NCBI GenBank assembly: GCA_008632985.1
Contig: QPGO01000141.1
Coordinates: forward strand, 1-64,000
Reading direction: 5' to 3'
DNA length: 64,000 bases
DNA from: Psammoneis japonica
Taxonomy: Eukaryota
The notes under the pieces: generated by a model
Databases searched by the model: none
Told to the model about the DNA's origin: nothing
The model's input: the letters and a program-made list of their open reading frames with translations, nothing else
Shown here: piece by piece, positions 61,179 through 64,000 of the stretch
Numbering within the stretch: the first letter of the stretch is position 1
How the letters are laid out: each line of letters begins with the position of its first letter
Program-made: the position numbers and the translations under genes

Positions 61179-61459
61179 TTTGTTCAATGGTCAGGGGATT
61201 TGTGTGAGAGAGTTTGTGTGGTTTGAGTCAGACAGACATTTACATGCTGTATGCGTGGCGTCAGGCAGACCTTGTGGCACAGATAAGACAAAACAATCTG
61301 TGGCAAGCACTAACATGTGTTAGCTCAAGGCTTGATGCACACACACACACACACTAGAAGCCTTCAGTCTTCTTCAATATTCTTGTTTGCTTTACAGCCA
61401 TTTGTTGAGGCTCTGTTTTTGTTCAGGAAAGTCTACCATCATTGAATGTCGGTTTCTTC

Positions 61460-62020
61460 ATGTCTACCAGGAAGAAGCGAAACATGGTTCTGGACAGTTG
61501 GAGGAAGTCAATGCGTAGACGAATGTTTGGAGACATGTGCCTCAGGCACAACGTACACTGAGTGCAGGGTGGGAAAGGCGAGGATAATGTGGAAAGCTCT
61601 GCAAGAAAAAGACGACACATCAGCACTCTTTTTTTCCCTCACCCAATGTCGACATGTTTGATTCAATTCTTGTAAAATTAGATTCGTGGCGAATTTGTGA
61701 TGGATACACTCGTATACGCTAAGAATGGAACCACGAAAATTCGAATGATGAACGGGATTGGAACTCATCAAAAGTATGGTGGTGGCGTTGGCTTCCGAAT
61801 TTTCAATAACAAGTCTCGATAGATACGCCATGCCAGTGCAATGTCAAACAGAAACATAAAAATGTCTGCTTATCCAGCCGTCGTGCTCACCATGATTTGT
61901 TTGGCATGACTGGCATGATATATCCTCATCGCCCCGGACCTCGCACCATGAATGCGTTTGGTCACTTGAAAACCGAATAGACTCTAGAGCGGTTTCGAGA
62001 CACGTGGCATACATCATACT
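61460..62020. pseudogene. Chimeric duplicate: copy of ~55885-56080 fused to fragments of the GT11-like gene
   Basis: gaaacatggttctggacagttggaggaagtcaatgcgtagacgaatgtttgg is identical to 55903-55953; ttcaattcttgtaaaatt and ctcaccatgatttgtt match 62250-62560. Confidence 0.88.
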
Positions 62021-62117
62021 CCATCATCATTGGGAGGAGAACCGAGTGTGACAATGCTGTATTGTACGACTATATCGTCTTGTCCACCATTGGAAGTTCG
62101 CGAGTCGTTTCTCGTGG

Positions 62118-62142
62118 CTCTCTCTCTCTCTCTCTCTCTCTC
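62118..62142. repeat. (CT)n microsatellite
   Basis: Visible CT run. Confidence 0.85.
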
Positions 62143-62174
62143 TTCCGTGCACCGTCATCCTCACTTGCTTTCTA

Positions 62175-63053
62175 CTACCACGTTCGCCCAACGATTTTAC
62201 CACCATTTTTCTGAACCATCTTTCCAATGAGTCTCGAATATCCACCCGTACTCACCATGATTTGTTGGGCATGACTGGCATAATAAAAATCTTCATCAGG
62301 ACCTGCACCATTGATGCGTTTGGTCACTGAATAACCCGAATAGACTAGAGCCGTTTCAAGACATGTGGCATAAATCGTACTCTTGAATGTGGAATCGTGT
62401 CGTTGATGTGCTCCACCCATCAATTCAATTCTTGTAAAATTGGTAGCTTTTCGGATTTGTTTCAAATACTCGTAAATGCTTAGAATGGATCCACGAAAAT
62501 TCACGTGATGAGCGGGATCGGCGCCTTTCAACAGCATGGTGGTGGCATTGGCTTTTGCGTTTTCAATCACATCTCCAAGACGCAAATGAATCACGAGTGT
62601 GTCGGGATCGGGAATGTGAAATCCTTTGGTGCCGTTTCTCTCTTGAAATAATTGTTGGACCGTTGTCAAATTTCCACCCATGACAAAATTAGGATTGGTC
62701 GAGGGACACGCTCGCTGTCGATACTCTTGCATTAAATTCTTGTTTTTTCTCCTCCAAAAATAGTGACGATCACAACTCTTGCATCCCTTGATACAATCCC
62801 CGAGTTGATACCGATTGAGTTTGGGATGAAATTTGGATTTGCGAGATGCGTGGAGAGAAACGTTACGAGCGCATGCCATGATCCATTCATTCGTCAAATT
62901 CCAACCTTGCGGCGATTTGTCTTGTTGGAGAAAAGCATCATTGTTGAACAGACCTCTCGAAAACGAATGGAATCTCAAAATCAAATTTACAGCTCCAACA
63001 ATCACAAGAACAGCACAAATGGGTCGAATGTTCCGTCGTAATGGATTCTTCAT
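62175..63053 (-). CDS. Type II membrane protein, fucosyltransferase (GT11/GT23)-like
   Basis: N-terminal TM; VIHLRLGD motif; DEDFYYASHAQQIMVSTGGYS resembles the DxxxxxxxxxxIxSxSxFS motif. Confidence 0.75.
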   Translation of the reverse strand: MKNPLRRNIRPICAVLVIVGAVNLILRFHSFSRGLFNNDAFLQQDKSPQGWNLTNEWIMACARNVSLHASRKSKFHPKLNRYQLGDCIKGCKSCDRHYFWRRKNKNLMQEYRQRACPSTNPNFVMGGNLTTVQQLFQERNGTKGFHIPDPDTLVIHLRLGDVIENAKANATTMLLKGADPAHHVNFRGSILSIYEYLKQIRKATNFTRIELMGGAHQRHDSTFKSTIYATCLETALVYSGYSVTKRINGAGPDEDFYYASHAQQIMVSTGGYSRLIGKMVQKNGGKIVGRTW

Positions 63054-63163
63054 ATTTTTACTTATATTTTTGGAACGCCAGCGGCAGCGTTCTCATGGCT
63101 ACTGCTCCCATCCTGTATCGTGCGTTGGTCCTTTTCTGGTTTTCTTGGAGGGAGCACTCGCGT

Positions 63164-63259
63164 ACGCACGACTCACAGACGTTTTGGCGGGTCATTACGC
63201 ACGACTCACAGACGCGATCATGTTTTGGAGGTACCGTAGTCACGCACGACTCACAGACG
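63164..63259. repeat. Three exact 18-bp direct repeats ACGCACGACTCACAGACG in a divergent intergenic region
   Basis: Copies at 63164, 63197 and 63242. Confidence 0.9.
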
Positions 63260-63692
63260 CGACCTCTCACTTTTTTTTGATTTTTTGCGCTCGCATCTCG
63301 CAGAGAGGTTATTATCGTTGCAACAAGGGACGTATTGAATCAACACAAGAGACGGTACGTTTGCAACCTCGTTGTCGTCATAAGAGCTGCATTATAGACT
63401 GGCAGAATGTTGTCGTTTCGTAGTCACACAAGCAGACAAGAGGCAAAATATCCGTCGCAAGTGTATGTGCACGATTTTCTTCAGCCACACATTTTCTACG
63501 TACGACTCAGTACTGATTCTACGTGACGATCCGATGCTCACATTTTTGGCGATTCGAGACGCACATGGAGAGCGAATGAAACGTGTGCTCACCAAAAGCT
63601 GCGTGTTCGACTCATTAATCATTTTACCATTTGCTTACTCTTTTCAATTGTATAGTACTAGCTAGTAATTGTGAAACAACAGACGAACAACG

Positions 63693-64000
63693 ATGGAAGC
63701 TCCAAAAGAGGATAAGAACAAAAAGCAACCCAACGAAAAGAAAAAGCCACAAAAGCCACAACGAGAATGGACCGATGAATTACAGCAAGACTTGGAACGC
63801 ATCTTGACGGTGGTGAAGAATGTATTTCCGAAAAGGAATTGCGTGCTCTCTTGCTTGCCAAGGGTCGTGGTTCGGATTTGACCGGGATTTAATTTATATG
63901 ATGGCTTTGAACCATCGGGACGCATGCACATTGCACAAGGCGTTTTCAAGGCGATGAATGTCAACAAGTGTACCCTAGAGGGTACCAATGCGACCTTTGT
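63693..64000 (+). CDS. tyrS: Tyrosyl-tRNA synthetase, 5' part (runs off the window); two compensating indels near 63812 and 63880
   Basis: V(G)EECISEKELRALL followed by YDGFEPSGRMHIAQGVFKAMNVNK. Confidence 0.92.

Larger units (their letters stand above)
57940..61300. other. TpA-depleted hypermutated domain containing destroyed host-type genes
   Basis: About ten TA in 3.3 kb, mostly in TARA/TYTA. Confidence 0.9.

Noticed and set aside
1..61300. Converted blocks as contamination or horizontally acquired DNA
   Set aside because: They contain copies of adjacent host genes and the same MITEs, and boundaries cut through single elements.
61338..61354. (CA)n as a converted (TA)n tract
   Set aside because: Conversion should give a TG/CA mixture; a plain microsatellite suffices.
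63164..63259. CRISPR-like array
   Set aside because: Only three 18-bp repeats, spacers of 15 and 27 nt that resemble each other, no cas genes, eukaryotic context.

Overview
Eukaryotic genomic DNA, most likely a diatom (inferred from ~90-bp GT-AG introns, bipartite plastid-type presequences, RXL motifs, PT-repeat and FG-GAP surface proteins, a VDE-like gene and a Crinkler-like gene). About half the window is ordinary gene islands: HA-repeat protein, Ser/Thr kinase, Crinkler-like kinase, two FG-GAP proteins, an SV2-like MFS transporter, a PPR protein, a Pro-rich membrane protein, a VDE-like protein, a GT11-like protein and the 5' end of TyrRS. The other half consists of sharply bounded domains in which TpA is almost erased and CpG is often depleted. 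Pairwise comparison of repeats and paralogues inside the window shows directional TpA->CpA/TpG substitution (Tyr->Cys/His; loss of TAA/TAG), the reverse of fungal RIP. Surviving TpA lie almost only in TARA/TYTA contexts, and at domain edges TpA loss occurs without CpG loss. This looks like a context-specific, domain-targeted T:A->C:G mutator that I do not recognise as described; a base modification miscalled by the sequencer is the main alternative. The domains hold decayed transposons, six copies of a ~390-bp MITE with 4-bp TSDs, and destroyed copies of host genes (p24, HtrL-like, RusA-like, GT-like). Most short Cys/His-rich, Tyr-free ORFs in the ORF track are artefacts of stop-codon loss. 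All counts and alignments are by eye.
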